DNA of 64,000 nucleotides from Gammaproteobacteria bacterium (GCA_038142325.1 JAYQJW010000002.1:448001-512000); one strand, 5' to 3'. Shown: positions 48,417 to 60,314, counted from the first letter of the stretch. Notes: a model not told the origin generated them from the sequence alone. A program made the numbers and translations.

Positions 48417-48765
48417 AAACTATAAAATACTGGGAATAATAATAAGCGGGTTGAACAAAGACTACCCGAATAAAATATCAAAAAATTTCACAGATAATGT
48501 TATGCGTAAAATAAATTCAAAACAAATATCTAATAAAATTTCATTTAACAAAACAGATTTACTTAATATTGCTGCATCTATATTTTTCGCAGTTATTACA
48601 TCAATAATCTTACTTGACTTTAACTCAACTGAAAATAATCTTACTGTAAAAAAAGTAAATGAAAAAGAGGCTATAAATAAAGACATCATTAGAAAAGTAA
48701 TTGATAAAGATGCCTGCACAGATGAGATTAAAAATGATACTATTACAGGCAATGAATGTAATTAA
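48409..48765 (+). CDS. Putative anti-sigma factor (short RseA/MucA-like)
   Basis: Overlaps the rpoE end; 'NFTDNVMRKI' then a single TM 'IAASIFFAV' resembling RseA. Confidence 0.6.
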   Translation: MNKNYKILGIIISGLNKDYPNKISKNFTDNVMRKINSKQISNKISFNKTDLLNIAASIFFAVITSIILLDFNSTENNLTVKKVNEKEAINKDIIRKVIDKDACTDEIKNDTITGNECN

Positions 48766-50161
48766 ACTCAGTAAATATATTACAACCTATCTTTCTATAG
48801 CACTTTTTTATTCAGCAAGTGCATTTGCTCAATCATATCCTGATTTTACTGAAATTGTAGAACAAAATATGCCTGCAGTTGTAATTGTCAATGCTACTCG
48901 ATCTAAGCCAAATACCAATAATAATCAGTTTCAAACTCCACCTGGGATGCCTGATGAATTCAATGATTTATTTAAAAAATTTTTTGATGAGAGAAGAGAT
49001 GCGCCAGAGAGAAGGGCTCCTAGTTCTGGCTCAGGTTTTATTTTATCTAGCGATGGATACATTATGACTAATCATCATGTAGTCAATGGTGCTGATAAAA
49101 TTATGATACTTACTAATGATCAATCAACATATGAGGCTGAACTTATAGGTTCTGATAAAAGGAGTGATTTGGCTCTCCTTAAAATTGACTCAAGAAACTT
49201 ACCTACAGTAAGAATCGCATCAGATGACAATGTTAAATTAGGAGAATGGGTTCTAGCAATTGGATCTCCTTTTGGATTCAACCAAACAGTAACGGCCGGT
49301 ATCGTGAGTGGCAAGCAAAGAAAGTTAGCTGGTGATAATTACGTTCCATACATACAAACAGATGTTGCTATTAATCCTGGCAATTCAGGCGGCCCTTTGT
49401 TTAATTTATCTGGCGAGGTAATTGGTGTTAATGCACAGATATATAGTAGAACAGGTGGTTTTATGGGCGTTTCATTTGCAATACCTTCTGATACCGTGAA
49501 TGATGTTTACTATCAATTAAAAACAAAAGGAAAAGTTAGTAGAGGATGGCTTGGTGTTTATATCCAAGAGATAGACGATAAACTTGCTAAAAGTTTTGGT
49601 ATGAAAAAATCTAAGGGAGCTCTTGTAAGTAAAGTCCTTTCAAATAGTCCCGCAGAGAAAGCCAAAATTCAACAAGGCGATGTTATTTTAAAATTCAATA
49701 ACAATGATATAAATAAATCCACAGACTTACCTCTTGTGGTGGGACAATCTAAAGTAGGACAATCATTTAATGTACAAATCATGAGAAATAGAATGATTAT
49801 GAATTTATCAGTTACACTTGAGGAGCTACCTACAGAGGAAAAAATAGCTTCTATCGGTTCAGGAAATAAAAAAATTATATCTAATGCAATATCAGGTATT
49901 TCTGTTAGAAATATGTCAATTGATGACAAGAAGAATTTCGATTTATCAAGTGGTGTGGTTGTTACTGGTATTAATGAAAGTATCAATAACAACTATGATC
50001 TAAAATTGAATGACGTAATAACTAAGATAAATAATAAAGTCATTAACAACACTAATGATTTTACCAAGATTATGAATTCTGCGAGAAACAATAGCTATGT
50101 AAACCTACTTGTTTACAGACAAACAACACCGCTATTCATTGCTCTAAAAATCTCTAAATAG
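48752..50161 (+). CDS. degP: DegP/MucD periplasmic serine protease with two PDZ domains
   Basis: 'GSGFI', 'TNHHV', 'QTDVAINPGNSGGPL', 'RGWLGV'. Confidence 0.92.
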   Translation: MNVIKLSKYITTYLSIALFYSASAFAQSYPDFTEIVEQNMPAVVIVNATRSKPNTNNNQFQTPPGMPDEFNDLFKKFFDERRDAPERRAPSSGSGFILSSDGYIMTNHHVVNGADKIMILTNDQSTYEAELIGSDKRSDLALLKIDSRNLPTVRIASDDNVKLGEWVLAIGSPFGFNQTVTAGIVSGKQRKLAGDNYVPYIQTDVAINPGNSGGPLFNLSGEVIGVNAQIYSRTGGFMGVSFAIPSDTVNDVYYQLKTKGKVSRGWLGVYIQEIDDKLAKSFGMKKSKGALVSKVLSNSPAEKAKIQQGDVILKFNNNDINKSTDLPLVVGQSKVGQSFNVQIMRNRMIMNLSVTLEELPTEEKIASIGSGNKKIISNAISGISVRNMSIDDKKNFDLSSGVVVTGINESINNNYDLKLNDVITKINNKVINNTNDFTKIMNSARNNSYVNLLVYRQTTPLFIALKISK

Positions 50162-50163
50162 AT

Positions 50164-50191
50164 TTGACGTTTTAAGCCTCTAATATATCAT
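50164..50191 (+). promoter_or_regulatory. Putative sigma70 promoter for lepA-lepB-rnc-era-recO
   Basis: TTGACG-N16-TATCAT ending 9 nt before the lepA ATG. Confidence 0.55.
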
Positions 50192-50200
50192 AGAGCCATA

Positions 50201-51985
50201 ATGAATATTAGAAACATAGCTATAGTAGCTCACATTGACCATGGAAAATCTACTCTAGCTGATCGTCTGATTGAAAAGTATGGTGAAATAAACACCAGAA
50301 ACATGCAAGATCAAGTCCTAGATTCAATGGACCTCGAAAGAGAGCGTGGTATTACAATTAAAGCTCAAACAGTTTCTCTGAAAGTGAAATATGAAGGCGA
50401 AGAGTTCAATCTTAATATAATCGATACTCCGGGTCATGTAGATTTCTCTTACGAGGTATCAAGATCATTGTCAGCATGTGATGGAGTAATATTACTTGTA
50501 GATGCAACGCAAGGTATAGAGGCTCAGACCTTAGCACATTATAATCTTGCTACAGAATTGAAACTCAAAATTATTCCCGTTATAAATAAGGTAGATCTTC
50601 CGTCAGCAGATACAGCATCTGTATCAAAGGATTTATCTGAATTAACAGGAGTTTCAGAAAACGAAATAATAAAAGTAAGTGCCAAATCCGGTTTAGGTAT
50701 TGATGATTTAATAACAAGTATTTTGTTAGATATACCAGCACCTAAAGGACAAAATAATCTAGAATTGAAAGCTCTTATTATAGATTCTTGGTTTGATAAC
50801 TATTTAGGCATTGTTGTTCTAATAAAAGTAATTGACGGTGAAATAAATCTAAAAGATAAAATTAAAATACTTTCTAATAATAGAGAATTTATTGTTGATA
50901 AACTTGGAACATTTAATCCTGAAATGAAGAACACATCTTGTTTAAAATCAGGTATGGTTGGTTTTATGATTGCATCTATTAAAACACTTGATTCTGCACC
51001 TGTTGGAGACACCATCACGCTCTCAAAATTTAATAATATAAAGGCATTTCCAGGATTTAAGAAAATTCAGCCGAGAGTTTTTTCAGGATTTTATCCAGTA
51101 GATTCAAATGACTATCAAGAATCAAAAAAAGCATTAGACAAACTATCTTTAAACGATAATTCTTTTACATATGAACCTGAGAGTTCACAATCACTTGGAC
51201 ATGGCTTTAGATGTGGCTTTTTAGGATTGTTACACATGGAAATTATCAGAGAGCGTGTCCAAAGGGAATATAATCTTGAGTTTCTTATGACTGTCCCATC
51301 CGTTACATACCGCGTGGAAGATAAAAAAGGAAAGTTTATAGATATAACGAAGCCTAGTGATTTGCCAGAAGATAACAGTATAAAATGCTACTATGAACCT
51401 ATTGCATTAATCTCTATTGTCTGTCCTGCAGAGTATCTTGGTTCAGTTATTGAATTATGTACATCTAAAAGGGGTAATCAAAAAGATTTAATATATCGTT
51501 CAAACATGGTTGAGATAAAATATGAAATTCCATTATCTGAAATCATATATGATTTTTTTGATACTCTAAATTCTGTATCTAAAGGTTATGCATCTTATGA
51601 TTATGATGTAATTGATTACATTGAGAGTAAAATGATTAAACTTGATATCCATGTCAATAAGAAAAAAGTGGATGCACTATCTCAAATATTACATAAAGAT
51701 AACTCTTATAGAAGATCAAGAGAATTGATTGAAAACTTAAAAAAACTTATTCCCAGACAAAATTTTGAGATTACAATACAAGGCTGTATCGGTTCAAAAA
51801 TCATTTCTCCAACTTCTATTCGAGGATATCGTAAAGATGTCACTGCTAAGTTATATGGTGGTGATGTTACGCGAAAGATGAAACTTTTAAAGAAACAAAA
51901 AGAAGGTAAGAAAAAGATGAAAAAAATTGGTAACGTGGAAATTCCGAGAGAAGCATTTTATAAATTCTTGTCTACCTCAGATTAA
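50201..51985 (+). CDS. lepA: Translation elongation factor 4 (LepA)
   Basis: 'AHIDHGKSTLADR', 'RERGITIK', 'GFRCGFLGLLH', 'YGGDVTRK'. Confidence 0.97.
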   Translation: MNIRNIAIVAHIDHGKSTLADRLIEKYGEINTRNMQDQVLDSMDLERERGITIKAQTVSLKVKYEGEEFNLNIIDTPGHVDFSYEVSRSLSACDGVILLVDATQGIEAQTLAHYNLATELKLKIIPVINKVDLPSADTASVSKDLSELTGVSENEIIKVSAKSGLGIDDLITSILLDIPAPKGQNNLELKALIIDSWFDNYLGIVVLIKVIDGEINLKDKIKILSNNREFIVDKLGTFNPEMKNTSCLKSGMVGFMIASIKTLDSAPVGDTITLSKFNNIKAFPGFKKIQPRVFSGFYPVDSNDYQESKKALDKLSLNDNSFTYEPESSQSLGHGFRCGFLGLLHMEIIRERVQREYNLEFLMTVPSVTYRVEDKKGKFIDITKPSDLPEDNSIKCYYEPIALISIVCPAEYLGSVIELCTSKRGNQKDLIYRSNMVEIKYEIPLSEIIYDFFDTLNSVSKGYASYDYDVIDYIESKMIKLDIHVNKKKVDALSQILHKDNSYRRSRELIENLKKLIPRQNFEITIQGCIGSKIISPTSIRGYRKDVTAKLYGGDVTRKMKLLKKQKEGKKKMKKIGNVEIPREAFYKFLSTSD

Positions 51986-51988
51986 ATC

Positions 51989-52716
51989 ATGGATTTTACA
52001 TTTATATTAGTTCTTGCAACTTTGATAACGGGCATTCTGAGCCTAGTTAAGTTAAATCAATCAATAATTATTCATATCAGAGAATTCTCTGCTTCTATAT
52101 TTCCTATTTTATTTGTTGTGTTGATTATACGATCATTTTTTATAGAACCTTATAAAATTCCATCTGGCTCTATGATACCAACTCTTATGATTGGTGATTT
52201 TATTCTTGTTGATAAGAATATTTATGGTTATAAGCTTCCACTTACAAACATTACTTTATTTGAAAATGAAAGCCCAAAAAGAGGCGATGTAGTTGTGTTT
52301 AAGTATCCAGAAAATAAAAAAATTAATTATATAAAACGAGTTATTGCTTTACCTGGTGACAATATAATTTATAAAAATAAAAAATTATATGTTAATAATA
52401 ATGAATATAAGACGCTTAAAATAAATCATTCTTTTGATCCTGTTGAAATAGCTGATGGTAATGTATTTTATGAGGATAATTCTGAAAAAGCTATATGATT
52501 TTAAATCAATCATCTCCTTCTTTTGATTTTCAATATACCGTTCCTAATGACACATACTTTGTATTAGGTGACAACAGAGATAATTCTAATGACAGTCGAT
52601 ATTGGGGGCCAGTGCCAAAAGAAAATCTAGTTGGAAAAGCATTTTTTATTTGGATGTTTTGGAACCCTGATAGTTACTACAGCTTTTCTGACAGAGTGGG
52701 TACAAAAATTGAGTGA
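51989..52716 (+). CDS. lepB: Signal peptidase I; frameshift near 52495
   Basis: '[12 protein letters not shown]', 'YIKRVI', '[14 protein letters not shown]'. Confidence 0.95.
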
Positions 52717-53375
52717 TAGTCATAATCAACTAATTAAGGATATTATTTCTGATTCCTTTGGATATGATATAAAAAATATTGATTATTTTATTTCCGCATT
52801 AACCCATAAAAGTAAATCAAAAAATAACTATGAAAGAATGGAAATTCTTGGTGATGCAGTCTTACAACTGGTCATTACTGATATGTTGTTTAAAAAATAT
52901 AAAGATTCTAACGAAGGAAGAATTACCGTTATGAGGCAGAATCTTGTAAATAAAAATAACCTTAGAACTATATTCAAAAATTTGAAAATAGAAAAAGTTG
53001 TTCATGAGATTAACCCTCAAATTAAAGAATCTGATTTATATTCAGATATTCTAGAGTCCTTATTTGGAGCACTATATTTAGACAGTAGCTTTAATAAAGT
53101 CTCAAAAATAATTTGTACATTATTTAGAGATCAATTAGATGATAATTTGTATTCAAAAGACGCTAAAACCAATTTGCAAGAATTCTTACAAAAAAAATGG
53201 AATGTCATTACCATTATACTCTACGCACAAATCTCATAAAAAATCATTCAAATACTTAGTCAAATGTAAAATACCAAACACTACTATCTCTCTTCATCTA
53301 GATTCAAATAAAGTTAAACCTGCTGAACAAGAGCTTGCATTTTCTGCTCTAAAAATTCTTAATGAAGAAAATTAA
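52709..53375 (+). CDS. rnc: Ribonuclease III; frameshift in an A run near 53195
   Basis: 'ALTHKS', '[13 protein letters not shown]', '[13 protein letters not shown]', dsRBD 'KTNLQE...AEQELA'. Confidence 0.92.
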
Positions 53376-54227
53376 AGTATTAATCATTGGTAAGAGCAAT
53401 GTCGGTAAATCCTCATTCATTAACTATATTACTAACAACAAGAGCTCATTAGTCTCTAACAAACTTCATTCAACACGCTTATCAACATATCACGAACTAA
53501 AAAATAAAAATTTTGATATTCAGTTTATCGATACCCCTGGCGTATCTCTATCAGATAACAACTTACTTGCACAAGCCATGAAAAGTCAGGCAATCAAGCA
53601 TATTACAAATAGTGATATTATAATTTTATTTACTCAACCTCAAAAATCGTATGAATATGAATTCAATTTAATCAATGATATCAAGCAAGCTAATAAAGAA
53701 TATCTGATTTGTGTAAATAAATGTGATTTAGATATTAATGGCGACTTTCGAATTAATCTTGAACAGAAATTAAATACAAAAGACTACTCTGCAATATCAC
53801 TTACTCAAAATTTAGATATTGATATTTTCATCATCAAACTTCTAAAACAAATAAATAATTTGATACCAACAACTTCACATATAAATGATAGTAAGAATAA
53901 CTTATATATTATTCAAGAATTAATACGAGAAACTATTATCAATAGAACTAATAAGGAATTACCATATGAGTCTGCGGTTAGAATTGTTGATTATAATAAG
54001 CAAAAAAATATGGATATCATTAAAGCTGAAATTATTGTATCAAAAGATAATCATAAAAAAATTGTCATAGGTAAAAATGGAAATATGATTAAGGAACTTG
54101 GCATTAAATCAAGAGAGAAGATAGAGGGTTTTCTTAATAAGAAAGTTAGTCTTCTTTTACATGTTTTGTTAAGGCTAACTGGAAGAATAACTCAGATTTA
54201 CTCAAAGACTTTGGATATATTGATTAA
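53362..54227 (+). CDS. era: GTPase Era; frameshift near 54165
   Basis: 'GKSNVGKSS', 'DTPG', 'NKCD', KH 'IGKNG.MIK..G'; tail 'VKANWKN...FGY' in another frame. Confidence 0.93.
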
Positions 54228-54892
54228 ATGATAATATCAACACAAGGTTTTCTCATACATACTAGAAAATATAGAGAAACTAGCAGTATAGTCAATTTTT
54301 TTACCAGTGAAAAAGGTGTTCAATCTCTTCTTTTTAAAGGTAAATATACAAATAAAGATAGATATCGTTTTTCCATATTTAATGAATATATTTTTACATT
54401 TGATGACAAATATAATCTTCCATATTTGTCAAAATGCGAACATGTCCATGATTATGGCTTCGATAAAAAATACTATCTTTTGGGTTTATATATAAATGAG
54501 CTCTTGTATAAAACTAGTAGAGAGGGTTTTGATTTTGATAAAATATATAAAAGATATAAAGATTTCTTAGTAATACTATCAAACTCTTCAGATAGTAGTA
54601 ATAAACTTGCACTTTTTTTGAAAAAAATTTACTTCAAGATTTAGGTTATGAGTTAACAGTATGTGATAAAGATATTAGCTATAATGTGAATTATGAATAT
54701 TCATTCGGCGAAGGGTTTAAAAAAAGTATATCACCCATGGACAACATGTCTGTATCAGGACAAGATCTGGAGCTATTCTTAGATAACACGATGAGTGATG
54801 AAAAAGAAGTTATAAAATTTAGATCTATAATTAAAAATATATTTTCTAATGTCTATCCTGACCTAAGATTGACTGGCGACAGACTATTTTAA
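54228..54892 (+). CDS. recO: DNA repair protein RecO (divergent); frameshift near 54620
   Basis: 'LIHTRKYRETS', 'GLYINELL', 'LLQDLGY'; position after era. Confidence 0.85.
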
Positions 54893-55594
54893 TTGTCCTT
54901 TATTAATTATGAACTTATTACCATCTAGAGTAAGCACATAAAAATTATTGTACCAATCTCCCAATACATATCTAATTACATTATCGTGATGATGTATGTT
55001 TGGTCTGTGAGTATGTCCATGTATAATTATATCTGGGTCATGTTTTTCTATTACAGATAAGACTTCGTTTTCATTGACATCCATTATCTCTTCACCCTTT
55101 TCCATATTTGCTTCTTTGCTTTTCTTTCTTAATGCCTCGGCAATCATTAATCTTTCATCAAGAGGTTTGTTCAACATTTCATTTTGCCATTTTTCTGATC
55201 TTACCATTAACCTAAACTTTTGATAATCCAGGTCATCAGTACAAAGTGTGTCTCCATGCAATAACAGTATTTTCATGTTTCCATTATTGATAATGGTAGG
55301 ATCTTGTAGAAGATTAATTTTTAAGTTGTCACAAATCTTTTTTGATACAAGAAAGTCACGATTACCATGCATGTACCAAATATTAATTTTTTTACCTACA
55401 TCAATTATCGCTTCACAAACATCATCAAGCCCATCCATTGGATCATCATCGCCAACCCAGTATTCAAATAAATCTCCAAGTATATAAAGATCAGATACAT
55501 TATTATCTAATGATTTAAGGTAATATATAAAGTAGTTATTTATATGAGGTCTAGATTTGTCTAGGTGAAGATCAGAGATAAAATTTATACTCAT
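54884..55594 (-). CDS. lpxH: UDP-2,3-diacylglucosamine hydrolase
   Basis: 'SDLHL', 'GDLFEYW.GDD', 'GNRDF', 'HGD', 'HGHTH', 'LGDW'. Confidence 0.95.
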   Translation of the reverse strand: MSINFISDLHLDKSRPHINNYFIYYLKSLDNNVSDLYILGDLFEYWVGDDDPMDGLDDVCEAIIDVGKKINIWYMHGNRDFLVSKKICDNLKINLLQDPTIINNGNMKILLLHGDTLCTDDLDYQKFRLMVRSEKWQNEMLNKPLDERLMIAEALRKKSKEANMEKGEEIMDVNENEVLSVIEKHDPDIIIHGHTHRPNIHHHDNVIRYVLGDWYNNFYVLTLDGNKFIINKGQLK

Positions 55595-55599
55595 TAATT

Positions 55600-56196
55600 T
55601 TATTCTATAACTATGACTTCACTAATCACTACATTTTCTATTGGTACGTCTGAGTGTCCAGCATTATTACCTGTTGGAACAACACCAATCTGTTCAACAA
55701 TTTCAATCCCATCAGTTACTTGTCCAAACACACAGTAACCATAACCATCTGCAGCATTTGCTTTATCTAGAAATTCGTTATCTCTTAAATTTATGAAAAA
55801 TTGTGAAGTTGCAGAGTTTGGACTACTTGTTCTTGCCATAGCAATTGTTCCTTTCTTATTACTTATGTTGTTATCTGATTCATTAATTATTGGATCGTAA
55901 GTATCAATTTGAGTCATATCTGGAAGATGACCACCACCTTGTATCATAAAATTTGGAATTACTCTATGAAATATTGTTCCATTTAATTTTCCATCTTTTG
56001 TATATTTTAAAAAATTTGCCACTGTCTCTGGTGCTTTGTCTTGAAATAATTCAATCGTAATATCACCCATGTTTGTTGAAAGCTTAATCAATTTAATCTC
56101 CTTTGATGTATTATCATGTATAATATCACTACATGATGTTGTGCTCATAAAAAGCATTAATAATAATAGATATTTTATCCTGTAAATCTTGAACAT
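55600..56196 (-). CDS. Cyclophilin-type peptidyl-prolyl isomerase with N-terminal signal
   Basis: 'FHRVIPNFMIQGGG', 'AMART', 'ATSQFFIN'; lies between lpxH and cysS. Confidence 0.93.
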   Translation of the reverse strand: MFKIYRIKYLLLLMLFMSTTSCSDIIHDNTSKEIKLIKLSTNMGDITIELFQDKAPETVANFLKYTKDGKLNGTIFHRVIPNFMIQGGGHLPDMTQIDTYDPIINESDNNISNKKGTIAMARTSSPNSATSQFFINLRDNEFLDKANAADGYGYCVFGQVTDGIEIVEQIGVVPTGNNAGHSDVPIENVVISEVIVIE

Positions 56197-56215
56197 TTTA
56201 ATAATGATACATTAA

Positions 56216-57547
56216 ATGAATTTATACATCCATAACACCTTAACAAACAAAAAAGAACTATTTGTTCCTCATAAAAAAAATAAGGTCAATATGTATGTTT
56301 GTGGACCAACTGTATATAGTAATCCTCACATTGGAAATGCTCGTGCGGCACTTATTGGTGATTTGTATTTTCGTATATTATCTGAACTTTTTTCTGAGGT
56401 GACTTACATAAGAAATCTAACAGATGTCGATGATAAGATCATTGCACAATCTAAAAAAACAGGCGTACCAATTAATGAGATAACTGAATCTGTTGCTAAT
56501 TCATATAAAGATAATATGTTGAGCCTCAACATGCTGAAACCTACTTATGAGCCAAGAGTCACAGACAACATTGATAACATTATTGATACCATCAACAAAA
56601 TCATAGCCAATAAATCAGCCTATATTTCAGATGGTCATGTAGTATTTGATATGGAATCATATACACAATATGGCTCATTGTCTAAGAAGGTAGCTGAAGA
56701 CCTGATCGATGGAGCCAGAATAGAGCCTGAATCATATAAAAAAAACCCAAAAGATTTTGTTTTATGGAAGCCAGCACTAAATGATGATTGTGGGTGGTCA
56801 AGTCCATGGGGCTATGGGAGGCCTGGATGGCACATTGAGTGTACTAGTATGATTAAGAGCTTGATAGGCAACGATCAAACTCTAGACATACACGGAGGGG
56901 GCAATGATTTAATATTTCCTCATCATGAAAATGAGATTGCTCAAGGATCATGTTGTTCATCTGCTAATTATTGTAACTATTGGTTTCATAATGGAATTGT
57001 TTTAGTCAATAAAAAGAAAATGTCAAAGTCTCTGGGCAATGTAATTTTAGTATCCGATATACTTCAGGACATCAATCCAAACATCATAAGATTAGCTCTA
57101 ATGAGCGCACATTACAGGCAACCACTTAACTGGACAAATGAAACTCTAAAATATTCTACAAATGTTTTTGAAAAGATTTATTCAAGTCTAGCGGTTCATG
57201 ATGGATTGTCTTTTGAAAAGGATGAGTTGTTTCTTAAATTGTTGTGTGATGACATCAACACACCTAATGCAATTCAATATTTAATAAAGCAATCTAAAGA
57301 GGTAAGAAATAAGGATAATTTATTACCAAAATTCGCATATAACTGTAACTTGATTGGTATAAAAGCCGTGTCATCAAAAATAGATAAAGCACTTGAAGAT
57401 AAGATTAATGATTTGATTGATCAGCGGGAGAGCGCTAGAAAAAATAAAGACTTTGATACCGCTGATAAGATTAGAGATGAAATAGAGACAATGGGTATAG
57501 AGCTTAAAGATACCCCTGATGGAGTATCGTGGAAAATTAAGTCTTAG
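56216..57547 (+). CDS. cysS: Cysteine--tRNA ligase
   Basis: 'CGPTVY', HIGN, 'GRPGWHIEC', 'FPHHENE', KMSKS. Confidence 0.97.
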   Translation: MNLYIHNTLTNKKELFVPHKKNKVNMYVCGPTVYSNPHIGNARAALIGDLYFRILSELFSEVTYIRNLTDVDDKIIAQSKKTGVPINEITESVANSYKDNMLSLNMLKPTYEPRVTDNIDNIIDTINKIIANKSAYISDGHVVFDMESYTQYGSLSKKVAEDLIDGARIEPESYKKNPKDFVLWKPALNDDCGWSSPWGYGRPGWHIECTSMIKSLIGNDQTLDIHGGGNDLIFPHHENEIAQGSCCSSANYCNYWFHNGIVLVNKKKMSKSLGNVILVSDILQDINPNIIRLALMSAHYRQPLNWTNETLKYSTNVFEKIYSSLAVHDGLSFEKDELFLKLLCDDINTPNAIQYLIKQSKEVRNKDNLLPKFAYNCNLIGIKAVSSKIDKALEDKINDLIDQRESARKNKDFDTADKIRDEIETMGIELKDTPDGVSWKIKS

Positions 57548-57590
57548 AAGGATTTAATATATATTTAGTATAGGTATAATAAGCACACAA

Positions 57591-57664
57591 CGGGGTGTAG
57601 CGCAGCTTGGTAGCGCGGCTGGTTTGGGACCAGTAGGTCGTAGGTTCGAATCCTATCACCCCGA
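57591..57664 (+). tRNA. tRNA-Pro(UGG), no encoded CCA
   Basis: Acceptor CGGGGTG/CACCCCG, anticodon arm GCTGG-TT-TGG-GA-CCAGT; TATAAT at 57575-57580 upstream. Confidence 0.96.
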
Positions 57665-57669
57665 AATAT

Positions 57670-57744
57670 GCGCCTGTAGCTCAGTTGGATTAGAGTATAT
57701 CGCTACGAACGATAGGGTCGGAGGTTCGAGTCCTTCCAGGCGCG
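57670..57744 (+). tRNA. tRNA-Arg(ACG), no encoded CCA
   Basis: Acceptor GCGCCTG/CAGGCGC, anticodon arm TATCG-CT-ACG-AA-CGATA. Confidence 0.96.
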
Positions 57745-57746
57745 TA

Positions 57747-57755
57747 TGTTATAAT
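57747..57755 (+). promoter_or_regulatory. Extended -10 element inside the tRNA cluster
   Basis: TGtTATAAT between tRNA-Arg and tRNA-His. Confidence 0.4.
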
Positions 57756-57770
57756 GTTTATAGAGAATAT

Positions 57771-57843
57771 GGTGGGTGTAGCTCAGTGGTAGAGCCCTGG
57801 TTTGTGGTACCGGTTGTCGTGGGTTCGAATCCCATCATCCACC
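57771..57843 (+). tRNA. tRNA-His(GUG) with encoded G-1, no complete CCA
   Basis: G-1 plus GTGGGTG/CATCCAC, C73, anticodon loop TT-GTG-GT. Confidence 0.95.
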
Positions 57844-57852
57844 CAAAATTTT

Positions 57853-57933
<81 letters not shown>

Positions 57934-57951
57934 AAATTTGAAGGTAATAGC

Positions 57952-58356
57952 ATGGCAAAAATTTATCATAAAGAGTTCAAAAAAAAACTTGAAGATAAGA
58001 AGAAGATAATCTGGACTAATGAGCCTAAACATGAGAATAAGTTCAAGAAGAATTTGGAAGAAAAAAGAGCATTTTTCAAAACAACACTATTAGATTATTT
58101 GGAAGATGACATTATCAAAAAATGCGATAGATCTTTTGATATTTGTGCACTGAAATACGGACCTAAAGACTCTAACCACGAGAGCACACTAGTATTACAA
58201 GAATATTCTAATGATGAATCCGATCTTATTTCTACGTGGGAGTTTCTTTTATACAATAGAGATTCTGAAGATTATGATGATTCAAAATTTTTCACTGATT
58301 CAGACAAAGCACTCGTATATTTCATTGATAAAACAAATAAATTGATTAATAATTAA
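57952..58356 (+). CDS. Hypothetical protein (134 aa)
   Basis: ATG at 57952 after GAAGGT; fills the tRNA-Leu to tig gap; no motif recognised. Confidence 0.7.
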   Translation: MAKIYHKEFKKKLEDKKKIIWTNEPKHENKFKKNLEEKRAFFKTTLLDYLEDDIIKKCDRSFDICALKYGPKDSNHESTLVLQEYSNDESDLISTWEFLLYNRDSEDYDDSKFFTDSDKALVYFIDKTNKLINN

Positions 58357-58362
58357 GCACCT

Positions 58363-59667
58363 ATGAGTCAAGTAAAAACCATCAAAGAATCATCAGCAGA
58401 ATTAAAAATATCTGTTGAGATTGAATCATCTGAATATGAAAAAATTTTTAATGACGAACTCATTAAACTTGCTAAAACAGTTAAACTTGATGGTTTTAGA
58501 CAAGGTAAAGTTCCAGTTGCTGTTATTAGAAAAAAATATGAAGGTCAATGTCATCAAAAAACTATTAGCTATTTAATTGATACATACACACAAAAAATTA
58601 TTAATGAAAAAAAATTAGATTTGGTGGATACACCATCAGCTAAGCTATTAGATGCATCATCTAAGAACAAAAATTTATCATTTGAAATCAGTTTTAATAT
58701 TATGCCTGAAATTGACTTAAAACTATTAAAGACATGTAAACTTGAAGTTCCTGAAGTTGAAATAAATGATAATGACATTGATAAAGTTATTTATAACATA
58801 AGAAAACAGAATGCAACTTGGAATGACTCAGACAAACCAGCTGCTGATGGCGACAAAGTTGTTGTTGATTATGAGGGAAAAATTGATGGGAAAGCATTCA
58901 CAAACAACAAACAGGATGATTTTACTTTTATAATTAATGATACCATTAAAGGTGATCCTGCTACAGTAGCACTCTTCAAAGAATTTTCTTCTAAGTGTCT
59001 AAACACTAAAGTGCAGGACGTCGTGGAAGTAACAAATCAAATGCCTGATGATTTTACTGACAAAGAACTTGCTAGTAAAATGGTCATTTACACAGTAAAA
59101 ATAAAAAAAATATTAAAAGGACAACTGCCAGACCTTAATAAGGATTTTTATGAGACTCTCGGCATACCAACTGATGACGAAAAAATATTTAGAGATAGTG
59201 TAAAGACTCATATGAACTTTGAACTATCAGATAAATTAGTCTCAAAAAAATATGGTCTAGTTAATGAAAGTTTAGTAAATATTTTTGATTTTCCGTTATC
59301 AGAAAATTTAGTAAGCAAGCATCAAAGGGAACTTGATGAACAATATAAATCTTTAAAACAATCCGATGAAAATTTAGATGATAAAATTAAAGATATTGCT
59401 ATCAAAAGGGTTAAGTTAAACATGATTTATATGTGTCTAGCAAAAGAAGTAAAGACAAACATTACTGACCAAGAAGCAATAGATTTTTGTAATGAGCAAT
59501 CTCCAGCATTCAGACAATTCTATAGTGAAAAAATAAAAAAAGATAAAGCTTCAACATTATTGGACGTTAAGAATAAAATAGTAGAAAATAGTATAGTGGA
59601 ATATGTTATTCAAAACTCTGAATCAAATAAAGTTGAAATGTCATTTTCAGAGGTGATGGATGGCTAA
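58363..59667 (+). CDS. tig: Trigger factor
   Basis: Ribosome-binding 'GFRQGKVP', FKBP '[17 protein letters not shown]'; upstream of clpP. Confidence 0.94.
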   Translation: MSQVKTIKESSAELKISVEIESSEYEKIFNDELIKLAKTVKLDGFRQGKVPVAVIRKKYEGQCHQKTISYLIDTYTQKIINEKKLDLVDTPSAKLLDASSKNKNLSFEISFNIMPEIDLKLLKTCKLEVPEVEINDNDIDKVIYNIRKQNATWNDSDKPAADGDKVVVDYEGKIDGKAFTNNKQDDFTFIINDTIKGDPATVALFKEFSSKCLNTKVQDVVEVTNQMPDDFTDKELASKMVIYTVKIKKILKGQLPDLNKDFYETLGIPTDDEKIFRDSVKTHMNFELSDKLVSKKYGLVNESLVNIFDFPLSENLVSKHQRELDEQYKSLKQSDENLDDKIKDIAIKRVKLNMIYMCLAKEVKTNITDQEAIDFCNEQSPAFRQFYSEKIKKDKASTLLDVKNKIVENSIVEYVIQNSESNKVEMSFSEVMDG

Positions 59668-60259
59668 TACATATAATAACCTTGTACCTATGGTTGTAGA
59701 ATCTACATCTAGAGGTGAACGTGCGTTTGATATTTATTCGAGACTTTTAAAAGAAAGAATAATATTTTTAACGGGTCCAATAGATGATAATCTCTCTAAC
59801 CTAATAGTTGCGCAATTACTTTTTCTAGAATCTGAAGATCCAAAATCCGACATCTCACTTTATATTAATAGTCCAGGGGGAAGCGTGACTTCTGGTTTGT
59901 CTATTCTTGATACAATGAACTTTATAAAACCATCAGTTAGCACACTGTGTGTTGGACAAGCTGCAAGTATGGGAGCAGTTTTACTGAGTGGCGGTGAAAA
60001 AAACAAAAGATTTTGTTTGTCTAATTCTCGCGTAATGATTCATCAACCTTTGGGTTCGTTTCAAGGTCAAGCAACAGATTTCGACATTCAAGCAAAAGAA
60101 ATATTAAGCATACGAGCTAGACTAAATGAAATTCTCTCTAAAAATACAGGACAAAGCATTAAAAAAATACAAGCAGACACTGAGAGAGATAACTTCATGC
60201 AAGCTGAGGAAGCTAAAAAGTACGGCTTAATCGACAACATCTTAACTAGTAGAGAATAA
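59660..60259 (+). CDS. clpP: ATP-dependent Clp protease proteolytic subunit
   Basis: '[11 protein letters not shown]', 'YINSPGG', 'AASMG', 'MIHQP'. Confidence 0.98.
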   Translation: MANTYNNLVPMVVESTSRGERAFDIYSRLLKERIIFLTGPIDDNLSNLIVAQLLFLESEDPKSDISLYINSPGGSVTSGLSILDTMNFIKPSVSTLCVGQAASMGAVLLSGGEKNKRFCLSNSRVMIHQPLGSFQGQATDFDIQAKEILSIRARLNEILSKNTGQSIKKIQADTERDNFMQAEEAKKYGLIDNILTSRE

Positions 60260-60270
60260 ATCTCAAGAAT

Positions 60271-60298
60271 TTGATTATATAAAGTTTCCTTGTATACT
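60271..60298 (+). promoter_or_regulatory. Putative sigma70 promoter for clpX
   Basis: TTGATT-N16-TATACT followed by a GAGG SD. Confidence 0.5.
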
Positions 60299-60314
60299 GA
60301 GAAGAGGTATATAT

